From contig JAWMAR010000253.1 of the NCBI GenBank assembly GCA_036785375.1, positions 2,356,001 to 2,420,000 of the forward strand: a stretch of 64,000 bases of DNA, given 5' to 3'. Positions within the stretch are counted from its first letter, which is position 1; each line of letters opens with the position of its first letter. Of the stretch, positions 12,024 to 24,865 are shown one piece after another. This DNA comes from Leucoraja ocellata. Taxonomy: Eukaryota. Under the pieces are notes generated by a model, which saw only the letters and a list, made by a program, of their open reading frames with translations, searched no databases and was not told the DNA's origin. The position numbers and the translations under genes are program-made.

Positions 12024-12690
12024 AACCATATAACCATATAACAATTACAGCATGGAAACAGGCCATCTCAGCCCTACAAGTCCGTGCCGAACACTTATTT
12101 TCCCCTAGTCCCATCCACCTGCACTCAGACTATAACCCTCCATTCCTTTCCCATCCATATACCTATCCAATTTATTTTTAAATTATAAAATCAAACCTGC
12201 CTCCACCACTTCCACTGGAAGCTCATTCCACACAACTACCACTCTCTGAGTAAAGAAGTTCCCCCTCATGTTACCCCTAAACTTCTGTCCCTTAATTCTC
12301 AAATCATGTACTCTTGTTTGAATCTTCCCTACTCTCAGTGGGAAAAGCTTGTCCACGTCAACTCTGTCTATCCCTCTCACCATTTTAAAGACCTCTATCA
12401 AGTCCCCCCTTAACCTTCTGCGTTCCAGAGAATAAAGCCCTAACTTGTTCAACCTTTCTCTGTAACTTAGTTGCTTAAACCCAGGCAACATTCTAGTAAA
12501 TCTCCTCTGTACTCTCTCTATTTTGTTGACATCTTTCCTACAATTTGGCGACCAAAATTGTACACCGTACTCCAGAATTGGCCTCACCAATGCCTTGTAC
12601 AATTTTAACATTACATCCCAACTTCTATACTCAATGCTCTGGTTTATAAAGGCTACCATACCAAAAGCTTTCTTTACCACCCAATCTACA
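12024..12690 (-). mobile_element. CR1 3' fragment, (TTATATGG)n-tail subfamily, inserted in the hAT
   Basis: ORF 12183-12680. TSD TGCTGTT at 12017-12023 and 12691-12697. Confidence 0.92.
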
Positions 12691-13344
12691 TGCTGTTGTA
12701 TTTTCCTGCCATATTTGCCCCATTATCGTAGGCTTGAGCTCTACATTCACTGAGAGGAATAGCATGTTCTTTCAATGTATCAGTTATCAACTGAGGACTT
12801 CTTCCCCTCTTTTGTTGCTGCAATCTGCAAACTTGAGAAAGCTTTCTTGAATCTCATACTGCGTTTCTTTTGAAAGTACGTATCTCAAAATAAATGCTGT
12901 TTGTTCAATATGGGAGGAATCTGGTGTGGCATCTACTATTACTGCAAAGTTGATTGGAGATTCCCTCTCAAGCAAAATGTGTTGTTTCACAAGTTTCGAG
13001 CACTCTGCAATGAATTAATTTTGAGTCAGGGGACAAATAATGAACTTGAAACCGCCCACTCATTTTCTATGACTCCTCTACATTTGGTACATGTTCCTGA
13101 AAGATGGGGTCCCACCTGGCGAGCAGTTCAATGTCCTAAAAAGTTTCCATTGTTTGAATCACCAATCCGATGGGATGAACTAGTAAATGCCAGACCACGT
13201 TCTCCCAAGAAGACTACAACATCGATGATGCACTTTAAAAGACTGTACCATTTCACAGCTTTAGTTTTGATTGACGCTTCTAAGATGGCGTCAGATTCAG
13301 ATTCAGATTCAAACTTGATTGTCATTGTGCAGTGTACAGTACAA

Positions 13345-13785
13345 TTTTGAACAAGTTAGGGCTTTATTCTTTGGAGCACAGAATGTTAAGAGGGGATGAT
13401 AGAGGTCTTTAAAATGATGAGAGGGATAGACAGAGTTGACGTGGATGAGCTTTTCCCACTGAGAGTAGGGAAGATTCAAACAAGGGGACATGACTTGAGA
13501 ATAAAGGGACAGAAGTTTAGGGGTAGCATGAGGGGGAACTTCTTTACTCAGAGAGTGGTGGCTGTGTGGAATGAGCTTCCAGTGGAGGTGGTGGAGGCAG
13601 GTTCGATTTTATCATTTAAAAATAACTTGGATAGTTATATGGACGGGAAAGGAATGGAGGGTTATGGTCTGAGTGCAGGTAGATGGGACTAGGGGAAAAT
13701 AAGTGTTCGGCCCGGACTAGAAGGGCCGAGATGGCCTGTTTCCGGCTGTAATTGTTATATGGTTATATGTTACATGGTTATATGG
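13345..13785 (+). mobile_element. CR1 3' fragment, (TTATATGG)n-tail subfamily, inserted in the hAT
   Basis: ORF 13396-13692 and tail. Confidence 0.88.
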
Positions 13786-14374
13786 TACAGAGACAACGAA
13801 AAGTAGTTAGCATCTCCTAGAAGAGCGACAAAGAATATGAGCAATAAATAAATAAAGTTAACTCCCGTCCCAGACAGCAGGTGTCTTTCCAGTTCTCGCC
13901 AAGCCAGGTAACATTCTGTGACGAATGCCTTTTTCATGTTTCGGGATCCTGTAGGAAAGTTTCCACCACTTCCCATTAGAATCCCAGCCTTCAACAGATA
14001 CCAGTGCAGACGCAGACACAGAAATGCTGGTCTTGACTGGTTTATGGAAAAATAATTGACTTGGAAAGCAATATAATGCTTGTTTCTGTTGACTCCAGAC
14101 AAGCCAGTCTCTTACATGTAGTTCTCCACTGGTGCTTTGAAATTTCGGTTTGCTTTCTGGTAAAACTTGATTGCGTGTCTTTTGGGAATGTTTTTAGGCA
14201 GACGGATGTGACCAATTGTAACATACATTTCTATTTCCTTTTGAGATGGAAACTCGGTTGTGATAAATCCAATGTCAAGGCGTACATTATGATTACTCCT
14301 CTCGTCTTCCACATGTGCCTGTATGTCTGTTTCTTTCTGTTTTCCTTTTTAATTTTCTGAATGAAAATCCTGTG

Positions 14375-15869
14375 CATCAAATCCTTCATCAAAATCCTGT
14401 GATTATTTTTGGAACAATGGAAGGCAGCGCTGAGCTAACTACGTCCCAAAAGAACCTACTTAGTTACGGTTTAATAATGGGGAAAAAACCTCATACTTAA
14501 ATTCTGGAAAAACGCCCCAACACCAACAATAAATATGTGGATTTCAAATATGTCTGAAATGCTACACCTGGAAGATATGAAATTCCTTCGAGCAGGCAAA
14601 CCAGACCACTTCCAAAAGATTTGGTCTTCATTTATCGACTTACTACAAGTGCAACAGAATTGTGAAAATAAATGGTTTTGTGAATGGAAATCCTGAATCA
14701 ACGCTGTAAGATTGGTCTGTAAAGGTAAAATGGTTGGTCAGGTAGACTGAAATAAAGAGCATGAAATGGCTGCTGACCAGGCTTGCTGGAACTGAGGCTG
14801 CAGGTTTCAGGAGGGAATACACAATGTCTTGCAGTTACTGCATAGTCATGAATAGGGGATCACCCGCCCCGTCTGACAAGATTGAGTAATATACAATCCC
14901 CCTCGCCGTGAAGACTAAGGAATGTACCGGTCTGAGCACTAGTGTGGTTCCTCTAGTGTGGTTCCTATAGTTCTCCTGTATTTTGCGTACGTGTCGGTTC
15001 TTTGATTGGGGACTGTGGGAGGTGCTAAACAGTGGCATTAAAATATAAAAGGCATTGCAATTAAGGGCAGAGAGCTGGACTCTTTGCTAGGTTGTAAACC
15101 TGTGTGAAGGCTCAGTGCTGAGTGGCACGGGTGGGGGACATTTTTGTGGAATTTAAAAGACATAAACTGTATTGAACAATCTCGATAGCCTACAAAAATG
15201 TTGGATGGAATTTTCGAACTGTGCACACATTGTATATATTTATTACTTGGACAGGGGCCACAGAGTGGCACGGGTGGGGGACCGGTTTGGTGGAATTTGA
15301 CAAATGTAAAAATATTGTACGGAAAAAATTTGTATAGTCTCCGAAAATGACGGATGAATTTTTTGTTCGAATGGTTCATGAATTGTATATATTTATCAAT
15401 TGAATAAAGTCTATTTTGAAATTAAAAAAAAAAAAAAAAGACTCAGTGCTGAATAAACGTACGTTTAAAGCAACCACGTTCGGTGTCCAGTCGATTATTG
15501 TCGAAACAACCGATGTAAGAGAAATACGTGAATCAACAGTTTCAGGACCTGGTGAGGGGGGAGGAAAATACGAAGTTGATATATCCCTTTTAGCTCTTTT
15601 TTTAACTTTTAACATATCTTCTGTTTTCTTTTTCTCTTTTTCCTTTTCGATGGCTTACCTCTTAACTTTTATTTTGAATTTTTCGTGTCTAAGGGTCTTT
15701 TTTTGATCACTCTTTCACACACTCACTATCCTATCTCACTTTCTTTACTTTTCTTCTTTTTAAAGTTTAAAATATGAAGTGGTACAAGAAATGTATTCTG
15801 TTATTTTTGGCTTATATTATTGTAATGTACACTACTTCTAATAAATAAAATTATTAAAAAATAAATTAA
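14375..15869 (+). mobile_element. 5'-truncated L1-clade LINE inserted in the hAT
   Basis: ORF2 C-terminus (LKFWK...HLED...FQKIWSSFIDLL), T-rich 3' UTR, AATAAA and A-rich tail. TSD AAAATCCTGTG at 14364-14374 and 15870-15880. Removing it rejoins the hAT reading frame. Confidence 0.85.
14679..15538 (+). mobile_element. Solo LTR (860 bp; Gypsy- or ERV-like) inserted in the L1 3' UTR
   Basis: TG...CA ends with 4-bp TSD GTTT (14675-14678, 15539-15542). TATAAAA at about 15044 and AATAAA at about 15403 and 15452. The L1 UTR is contiguous across it when compared with the copy at 33187-33636. Confidence 0.75.
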
Positions 15870-17404
15870 AAAATCCTGTGTAATGATTACCCAAATCAAC
15901 TGCTCCTTGTTTGGGGATGAGGATTCCAACAGTTTCTTCTTGCTCCAAGTCTATAGGTGAGTTCAATGAAAATTCTTTTGAGGCCGCACTTATTCCAAAT
16001 TGAAAGAGCGTGTGTTGACCCCTTTGTTCATTTTCCTCTCGTTCTTTCTTGTCTTTTCTTTTCTTGGCTCCTGATTTGTGAGAATACATTTTGGAGAGAT
16101 GATTTATAATTTATACATTTATATCTGAAAAAAGGGGGAAAAAAGTCAATCCTCCTCCAGCCTTTCATCTTTATCCAAGCCTAAATCCTATAGGCATGAC
16201 TTATTGTGGGGTGATCAAAGGCTACCACGCTAAGTTGCAAGGTGAATACTGCCCACCCTATGTGTCAAACAGGCGCTTGGAATTAAGTCAGTACTAAACA
16301 TACATGTTCAGAATGCCACTTACTGTCAACTCGTTGCAAGCACATTGGGAGGGGGGACCACACATGACACAATGAGGCCTAACATCTAGGACAGGGATCT
16401 TCAACCTACGTGTCAGGTCGCGGATCTGGCCCTTAAACCAAAATCATATCATAGGCGTATTTTTTTTCAATTTGTTTTCGCGGCCTGGGATCTACGACCA
16501 GTCCCGGGGCACGCAGGTGACCTGGGAACTGCAGGTCCTTTGGCCCACCGTGTCCACACCGACCAGGAATCACTCGATACACCAGCACCATCCGACACAC
16601 TAGGGACAATTTACAAGTTACCGGAGGACTTAACCTACAACCTGCATGTCTTTGGAGTGTGGGGCAGGCGAGCCAACATGGGCGCTACGGCCAGCCCCGG
16701 GGCACGCTGGTGACCTGGGTGCTACAGCCAGACCTGCCAGCCAACCTGGGAACTACACCCAGTCCTGCAGCAGGCAAGCTCACTTGGCACAGCTGCCAAG
16801 TTTTGTCAGAACATTTCAGTATTCTTGTACCTGAAAATCAGTATTTTGCTGAGGAAATCAGTATTTATACGCGGTGCCATTTTGCTGAAATATCTTTAGT
16901 TTTTATGTGCGGTCATACCCATGTAAGAGCCGGCCATTTTTCACCCAGAGAGTGGTGAATCTCTGGAATTCTCTGCCACAGAAGGTAGTTGAGGCCAGTT
17001 CATTGGCTATATTTAAGAGAGAGTTAGATGTGGCCCTTGTGGCTAAAGGGATCAGGGGGTATGGAGAGAAGGCAGGTACAGGATACTGAGTTGGATGATC
17101 AGCCATGATCATATTGAATGGCGGTGCAGGCTCGAAGGGCCGAATGGCCTACTCCTGCACCTATTTTCTATGTTTCTATGCAGCACCCGAGGTCAGGATC
17201 GAACCTGGGTCTCCGGCGCTGTGAGGCAGTAACTCTACCTCCGTGTGATGTACAGCACAAAAACTGGCCCTTCGGCCCAATTGCCCATGTCATCAAACGC
17301 TCCTCATATGTTAACTTAATCATCACGAGGGCCATTCTCGTAAACCTTGCACTGTGTGTTACAAGCCTGAATCACATAAACACAAGGTCTAAATACATGG
17401 TCCA

Positions 17405-17835
17405 CTGACAACTTCTGCGGCGAGGAAGAGACCGTGTTCCATGTGTATATGGAGTGTGAGAGGCCGCAGCCCCTGTACCAGTATCTGAAGGGGCTGCTCC
17501 TCAAGTTGTGGTTGTAATTTAGTCCCACGATTTTGGTATTTGGGCACAAGGCAGGTAGTGGGGAGGGTCGATTCGGAGGGTGGGATCTCCCTGTCGGTCT
17601 GCTCCTGGGCCTGGCCAAGATGGCCATTCGCGGGTCCAGGCAGCGGGCAGTCGATGGCCGCACAGCGGTCGGCTGCCTGCCCCTTTTCCAGGGTTACGTC
17701 CGAGCTTGCGTGTCCCTAGAAAGGGAACAAGGTTGGTACTATTGTATCGTAATGACTGCCTGATGTAATTTGACTATTGAAAGTCGTGTACTTTCTGGTC
17801 GATTGTTAAGTGTAAACTGAATAAATCTCCTTGAA
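17405..17835 (+). mobile_element. Tx1-clade LINE 3' fragment
   Basis: FCGEEETVFHVYMEC zinc-knuckle remnant, LLLGLAKMAI, AATAAA. Confidence 0.75.
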
Positions 17836-17883
17836 AGAAGGGAGAAAAATGGCCCACTGACATGGTCCCCTTTCACGCCACAG

Positions 17884-18440
17884 AGAGATTTACGTCAACT
17901 GAATGCCAATGGAGGAGAGGAAACGTAGAAACATAGAAAATAGGTACAGGAGTAGGCCATTCAGCCCTTCGAGCCAGCAGCGCTGTTCAATATTTTCATG
18001 GCTGATCGTCCAAAATCAGTGCCCCGTTCCTGCTTTTTTTCCCATATCCCTCGATCCCTTTGGCCCTAAGAGCTAAATCTAACTCACTCTTGAATACATC
18101 CAGTTAATTGGCCCCCACTGTCTTCTGTGGCAGAGAATTCCACAGATTTGCAACTCTCTGGGTGAAAATGTTTTTCCTCATCTCCGTTCGAAATGGCCTA
18201 CCCCTTATTCTTAAACTGTGACCCCTGGTTCTGGACTCCCCCAACATCGGGAACAATGGGATTTTTTTTCCTGCATCGGAAAATCGGATGGTACAGCTCA
18301 CCACGATATAGGATGAGATGAAATTCTACCCCGATCTGGACACTGCAGGCAAGAACGAACGAGGGAAAGGTGCTCTCCGCCCAACGTTTATCGTTCGATG
18401 CATCCAATCTAACCACCAGCTTGAATTGTGCCTTGAAATT
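17884..18440 (+). pseudogene. Inactivated ITSM-bearing terminal exon of a SLAM-like paralog
   Basis: Homologous to 55703-55867 (RDLRQLNANGGEE/NRMVQLTTI*DEMKF). It has a CR1 insertion at 17924-18277, TAG at 18309-18311 and a further 2-nt deletion. Confidence 0.85.
17924..18277 (-). mobile_element. CR1 3' fragment inserted into the ITSM pseudo-exon
   Basis: CATAGAAA tail, CR1 C-terminus and flanking GGAAA duplication. Confidence 0.85.
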
Positions 18441-18600
18441 AGATTAGATTAGAGATACAAATAGTGGCCAGCGCCAGAGACCCTGATTCGATCTTGACTA
18501 CGGGTGCTGATTTGTACGCAGTTTACACATTCTCACGTCACCTGTGTGTCTCCTCCCTGTTTCCTCCCACACTTCAAATACGCAGGTTGATGTACAGGTT

Positions 18601-20300
18601 TAGAAACATAGACATAGAAACATAGAAAATAGGTGCAGGAGTAGGCCGTTCGGCCCTTCGAGCCTGCACCGCCATTCAATATGAACATGGCTGATCATCC
18701 AACTCAGTATCCCATCCCTGCCTTCTCTCCATACCCCCTGATCCCTTTAGCCACAAGGGCCACATCTAACTCCCTCTTAAATATAGCCAATTTACTGGCC
18801 TCAACTACTTTGGCAGAGAATTCCACAAATTCACCACTCTCTGTGTAAAAAATGATTTTCTCATCTCGGTTCTAAAAGACTTCCCTCTTATCCTTAAACA
18901 TTGACCCCTAGTTCTGGACTTCTCCAACATCGGGAACAATCTTCCTGCATCTAGCCTGTCCAACCCCTTAAGAATTTTGTAAGTTTCTATAAGAACCCCC
19001 CCTCAATCTTCTAAATTCTGGCGAGTACAAGCTGAATCTATCCAGTCTTTATTCATATGAAAGTCCTGCCATCCCAGGAATCAGTCTGGTGAACCTTCTC
19101 TGTACTCCCTCTATGGCAAGAATGTAGAGAGTGTACAGAGGAGATTTACTAGAATGTTGCCTGGGTTTCAGCAACTAAGTTACAGAGAAAGGTTGAACAA
19201 GTTAGGGCTTTATTCTTTGGAGCGCAGAAGGTTAAGGGGGGACTTGATAGAGGTTTTTAAAATGATGAGAGGGATAGACAGAGTTGACGTGGAAAAGCTT
19301 TTCCCACTGAGAGTAGGGAAGATTCAAACAAGGGGACATGACTTGAGAATTAAGGGACTGAAGTTTAGGGGTAACATGAGGGGGAACTTCTTTACTCAGA
19401 GAGTGGTAGCTGTGTGGAATGAGCTTCCAGTGAAGGTGGTGGAGGCAGGTTCGTTTTTATCATTTAAAAATAAATTGGATAGTTATATGGATGGGAAGGG
19501 AATGGAGGGTTATGGTCTGAGCGCAGGTATATGGGACTAGGGGAGATTATGTGTTCGGCACGGACTAGAAGGGTCGAGATGGCCTGTTTCCGTGCTGTAA
19601 TTGTTATATGGTTATATGGTTATATGTCTTTCCTCAGATTAGGAGTCCAGTCTTTCTTCATATGACATCCCAGGAATCAGTCTCGTGAACCTTCTCTGCA
19701 CTCCCTCTATGGCAATAATGTCCTTCCTCAGATTTGGAGACCAAAACTGTAGGCAATACTCCAGGTGTGGTCTCACCAAGACCCTGTACAACTGCAGTAG
19801 AACCTCCCTGCTCCTATAGTCAAATCCTTTTGCTATGAAAGCTAACATACCATTCGCTTCCTTCACTGCCTAGTGCACCTGCATGCCTACTTTCAATGAC
19901 TGGTGTACTATGACACCGAGGTCTTGTTGCATCTCCCCTTTTCCTAATTGGCCACCATTCAGATAATAGTCTACTTTCCTGTTTTTGCCACCAAAGTGGA
20001 TAACCTCACATTTATCCACATTATACTGCATCTGCCATGCATTTGCTCAATCACCCAGCCTATCCAAGTCACCTTGCAGCCTCCTAGCATCCTCCTCACA
20101 GCTAACACTGCCTCCCAGCTTTGTGTCATCCGCAAACTTGGAGATGTTGCATTCAATTCCCTCGTACAAATCATTAATATATATTGTAAATAGCTGAGGT
20201 CCCAGCACTGAGCCTTGCGGTACCCCACTAGCCATTGCCTGCCGTTGTGAAAAGGACCCGTTTACTCCTACTCTTTGCTTCCTGTCTGTCAGCCAGTTCT
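18601..20300 (-). mobile_element. CR1 RT fragments with a nested opposite-strand CR1 (about 19126-19623, TSD ATGT)
   Basis: [10 protein letters not shown] and KFADD motifs. Nested ORF 19154-19540 has a TTATATGG tail. Confidence 0.88.
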
Positions 20301-21912
20301 CTAAGTTTACTAAGTTTGCACGTTCTCCCTTTGAACCTGTGGGTTTTCTCCGGGTGCTCCGGTTTCCTGCCGCACTCAAAAGATGTACAGGTGTGTATGT
20401 TAATTGGCTCCATTATCTTCTATGGTGTTGGTGAGGCCACATTTGCAACACTGTGTGCAGGTCTGGGTCTCACAACTGAGGAAGGATGTGCAGGATGTGC
20501 TGGCATTACAGAGGGTCTAGAGGAGGTTTACGAGAATGACCCCCGGGATGATTGGGTTAATGTTTGAGGTGCATTTGAAGACCCTGTACTCGCTGGAGTT
20601 TAGAAGGATGAGGGCAGGATTGCATTGAAACTTACCAGACAATGAAAGGTCGAGAAAAAACGGACGTGAAGAGGATATTTTCAGTAGAGGAAGTGTCTCG
20701 ACTGGAAACGTCACCAATTCCTTCTCTCCAGAGATGTTGCCTGTCCCGCTGAGTTACACCAGCATTTTGTGTCTATGTGTGATTGTACCAGCATCCTTCA
20801 AATATATATTTCGAGTCATGAACGTTGAGGCAGGGACCATTGCAACGTTCAAGAAACAATTAGACAGGTACATGGATATGGCAGGTTTGGAAGAATATGG
20901 GCCAAATGCAGGCAGGTCGGGCTAGTGTAGATGGGGCATGTTGGGCGGTGTGGGCAAGTTGGGCCGAAGGGCTTGTTTCAAAGCTGTATGTGTCTTTGAC
21001 TCTACCTGCCTATCAAGCTCCCCACTCACCTGTGTCTCACTATTACCTGCCATGCTTTGTTGTGCCTCTCCCCCTTTTCCATCCTTATTCTCCCCCACAC
21101 CCCCACTAAATTAGTCTCAAGAAAGGTCTCGGCCCAGTATAGTACAGTTTGGTTTACAGTTTTGTTTATTGTCACCTGAACTGAGGTACAGTGAAAAGCT
21201 GTTGTTGCGTGCTAACCAGTCAGCGGAAAGACAATACATGATTACAATCGAGCAGTGACAAGGAAATAACATTCAGCGCCAGGTAAAACCAGCAGAGTCC
21301 GATCAAGGATAGACCGAGGGTCACCAATGAGGTAGATAGTAGTTCTGCACTGCTCTCTGGTTGTGGTAGGATAATTCAGTTGCCCAATAACAGCTGGGAA
21401 GAAACTGTCCCTGAATCTGGAGGTGTGCGTTTTCACACTTCTGTACCTTTTGCCTAGTTGGTGAGGGGTGAAGAGAGAGTGGACAGGGTGTAACTCGTCT
21501 TTGATTGTGCTGCTGGCCTTGCCGAGGCAGCGTGAGGTGTAGATGGAATCAATGGAAGGGAGGTTGGTTTGTGTGATGGTCTGGGCTGCGTCCACAATTC
21601 GCAGCAATTTCTTGCGGTCTTGGATGGAGCTGTGACTCGAGGCTGTGTCGCCTTTCCGTGCTCTCCAGAGATGCTGCCAGACCCGCTGTGTTTACTCCAG
21701 CACTTTGTGTCCTTTTCTGATTATGCCTTATCAGTCACCGCCACGACATTTCCCTTTAGAGAATTACAGACAGAACAAAGGAAGAATAGTGTTGTCACAG
21801 GATGTTACTGGGGGGTTGTCAACTTAAATACAATGCGGTTGGCACCTTTAAGCACTGACTGCCCTCTCTGCTGCATCTTGTTCCAGTCCCACCTGTTTAT
21901 CTGATCACTCAC

Positions 21913-21982
21913 GGGTATTTTTGTCCACGCTACGTGTGGTCTGGGACCGCAGTGGGCAGTGGGCGATCGAATACGACAGCAT
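21913..21982 (-). CDS. Candidate cytoplasmic exon 6 of SLAM-like gene B; a 7-nt duplication gives a stop at 21930-21932
   Basis: CAG acceptor and GTGAGT donor. It is 70 nt versus 63 nt in the paralog because CCCACTG is duplicated. Confidence 0.4.
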
Positions 21983-22109
21983 CTGCAGCCAGGGTCCAAA
22001 CCACACGAGTTAAACTATCTGCAGCTCGCCTCGCTAATGGGACAACGTTTCATTGGTGTATGTTAAAATCACTTTAATGTACCTTCCCAGTCTAGTCCCT
22101 GCCTGCTTA

Positions 22110-22483
22110 TTAGAAACATAGAAACATAGAAAATGGGTGCAGGAGTAGGCCATTCGTCCCTTCGAGCCTGCACCGACATTCAATATGATCATGGCTGATC
22201 ATCCAACTCAGTATCCTGTATCTGCCTTCTCTCTATACCCCCTGATCCCTTTAGCCACACGGGCCACATCTAACTCCCTCTTAAATATATCCAATGAACT
22301 GGCCTCAACTACCTTCTGTGGCAGAGAATTCCAGAGATTCACCACTCTTTGTGTGAAAAATGTTTTTCTCATTTCGGTCCTAAAAGATTTCCCCCTTATC
22401 CTTAAACTGTGTGACCCCTTGTTCTGGACTTCCCCAACATCGGGAACAATCTTCCTGCATCTAGCCTGTCCAACTCCTTCATG
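22110..22483 (-). mobile_element. CR1 3' fragment, (TTTCTATG)n-tail subfamily
   Basis: ORF 22208-22489 and tail. Confidence 0.9.
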
Positions 22484-22907
22484 ATTCAATCATCCCTATA
22501 ATCCCCACAGAAACCGGCATCTTTGGCCTCCCATAAGGCCGCAAGTGACAGGAGCAGAATTAGGCCATTTGTTCCATCAAGTCTACTCCGTTTGGATCAT
22601 GACCGATCTATATCGCTCTCTTAACCTAATTCTCCTACCTGTTCCCCATAACCCCTGACACCCGTACTAATCAAGAATCTATCTCCCCCTCCCATAAAAT
22701 ATCCACTAACTTGGCCTCCACAGCCTCTTCTGTAGCAAAGAACTCCACAGATTCACCACCCCCTGTCAAAATAACTTCCCCCTCATCTTCCTAAAAGATC
22801 GTCCTTTAATTCTGTGGCTGTGACCTCTAGTCCTAGACACTCCCACTAGTGGAAACATCCTCTCCACATCCACTCTATCCAAGCCTCTCGCATATCCACA
22901 GTTTCAC

Positions 22908-22944
22908 CAATTAATTCTTGGTGCATTCCATCCACGGTCAAATC
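22908..22944 (-). CDS. Candidate cytoplasmic exon 5 of SLAM-like gene B (DLTVDGMHQELI)
   Basis: Pyrimidine tract with AAG acceptor and G|GTGAAA donor. Phase 0-1 is compatible with both neighbours. Confidence 0.4.
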
Positions 22945-23103
22945 CTTGAAGGATAAGGGGACGGGGTGGGATAATGGGAGAAATGGGCGAACAAACTTGT
23001 AAGGGAGAGGGAAGAGAGAGGGAGGGGGTGGAGGGGGTGGGGGTGGGTGGGTTACAGGTCATAACCTTGAATTGGACAAAGAAAAATATTCAAATGTACT
23101 GAC

Positions 23104-23213
23104 CTGCGCTGAGCTTGTCCTCTTGTAACACATGTAGCAAACTGCAGCTGAGATGAAGATGATTGTTGCGGCTGTAATAAGTACACGGCTTGAGACTCTC
23201 AGTGGCTTAGAAC
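23104..23213 (-). CDS. SLAM-like gene B exon 4, transmembrane (GSKPLRVSSRVLITAATIIFISAAVCYMCYKRTSSAQ)
   Basis: TCTCTCCTCAG acceptor, CAG|GTCAGT donor, phase 1 in frame with IgC2. A 20-aa hydrophobic stretch is followed by KR. Confidence 0.85.
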
Positions 23214-23474
23214 CTGAGGAGAGATCAATATTTCAGTTGCCAATCTATTGATTTGTTGATGAACAGGAACAGGATCAGGGAGGTCAGTTCAGTTTAGTTT
23301 AGTTTATTGTCACGTGTACCGGGCTACAGTGAAAAGCTTTTTTGTTGCCTGCTATCGAGTCAGCAGAAAGACAATACAAGATTACAATCAATGCGTTTAT
23401 AGCATAGATTCATAATAAGGGAATAACGTTTAATGCAAGGTCAATTCCGGTCAAGGATAGCCTTAGGGACATCA

Positions 23475-24070
23475 ATAATAATAATAATACATTTTATTTA
23501 TGGGCGCCTTTCAAGAGTCTCAAGGACACCTTACAAAAATTTAGCAGGTAGAGGAAAAACATGTAAGGGGAATGAAAGAAATAGTAGAGACATGACTAGT
23601 ACACAAAGTAAAGACAGAATTCAATACAAAACACAATATGAGGCAATTCAAGCACAGATGAAAAGGGAGGGGGACGTGGGGCTAAGGATAGGCAGAGGTG
23701 AAGAGATGGATCTTGAGGCGGGACTGGAAGATGGTGAGGGACACGGAATTGCGGATCAGTTGGGGGAGGGAGTTCTAAAGCCTGGGAGCTGCCCTGGAGA
23801 AGGCTCTGTCCCCAAAACTGCGGAGATTGGACTTGTGGATGGAGAGGAGACCGGCTGATGTGGATCTGAAGGACTGTGTGGGTTGGTAGGAGGAGAGGAG
23901 GTCAGTGAGATATGGGGGGGGGCAGATGGTGGAGGGCTTTGTAGGTTAGGATCAGGATTTTGTAGGTGATCCGGTGGGAGATGGGAAGCCAGTGAAGTTG
24001 TTTGAGGACTGGAGGGATGTGATGCCAGGATTTGGTGTGGGTGATGAGTCGGGCGGCTGCGTTCTGGACC
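23475..24070 (-). mobile_element. L2 LINE 3' fragment nested in a Rex1-type fragment (about 23285-24340)
   Basis: VQNAAARL...LHWLP...GDRAFSRAAP motif and (ATT)n tail. Confidence 0.8.
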
Positions 24071-24577
24071 AATGAGGTTGATAGTAGTTCAGGACTGCTC
24101 TCTGGTTGCGGTAGAATGATTCAGTTGCCTGATAACAGCTGGGAAGAAACTGTCCCTGAATCTGGAGGTGTGCGTTTTCACACTGCTATAACATTTGCCT
24201 GAAGGGAGAGGGGAGAAGAGGGAGTGGTCGGGGTGCGACTCGTCCTTGATTATGCTGCTGGTCTTGCCGAGGCAGCGTGAGGTATAAATGGAATCGATAG
24301 AAGGGAGATTGGTTTGTGCGACGGTCTGGGTTGTGGCCACAGGTCATGCAAGAAGGAAGTATTACCCTTCTCGACCTGAAAGGCCACACATTCATTCTCT
24401 CGAGAGATGCTGCCTGGCCCGCTGAGAAATTTCCTCCAACACTTTGTGCCTGTTTATACTACATCTATTACCTGGTTTCTTCCATCGGAAGGATTTGGGG
24501 ATTTGGATAGGAACAAAATAAATAGCCATTATTTTATTTGAGAAATGTGCTTACTATGAAAAGATAAAGCCACAAAC

Positions 24578-24865
24578 CTTCATGGGCAGGACAGAGCTGT
24601 GTTAGATCCACGCTCCGCGTCTCCTCACTAACAGGGTTCTCCACGGTGCAGTTGTACACGCTGTTGTTGGGTAGAGGTATGGAGAGTGCCAGCCTTCTCC
24701 CTTCATCAGTCAGTTTGTGCGACCCATCTGCCGTGATCTTGCCATCTCCTGACCACCAAGTGTAGACTGGCTCGGTGCCGTGCTCCAGTGAACACACCAA
24801 GCTAACGTTACACACCCCTTCGGTGAAGGCTTCACTGATATTTATTACTGGTAATGACACTCGTT
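24578..24865 (-). CDS. SLAM-like gene B exon 3, IgC2 domain
   Basis: 288 nt, phase 1-1. ERVSLPVI...CNVSLVC...YTW...YNCTVENPVS...C is the four-Cys CD2/SLAM C2 pattern. Confidence 0.92.

Larger units (their letters stand above)
10020..16089 (-). mobile_element. Fragmented hAT transposase (ZMYM1/DUF4371-like) interrupted by several insertions
   Basis: GAKKRK N-terminus (16089), GLAF...GNFLG (13128-13300), DATPDSSHIEQ (12787-12990), CHTLNL (about 11950) and a dimerisation-domain remnant (about 10100-10250). TIRs were not located. Confidence 0.85.
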
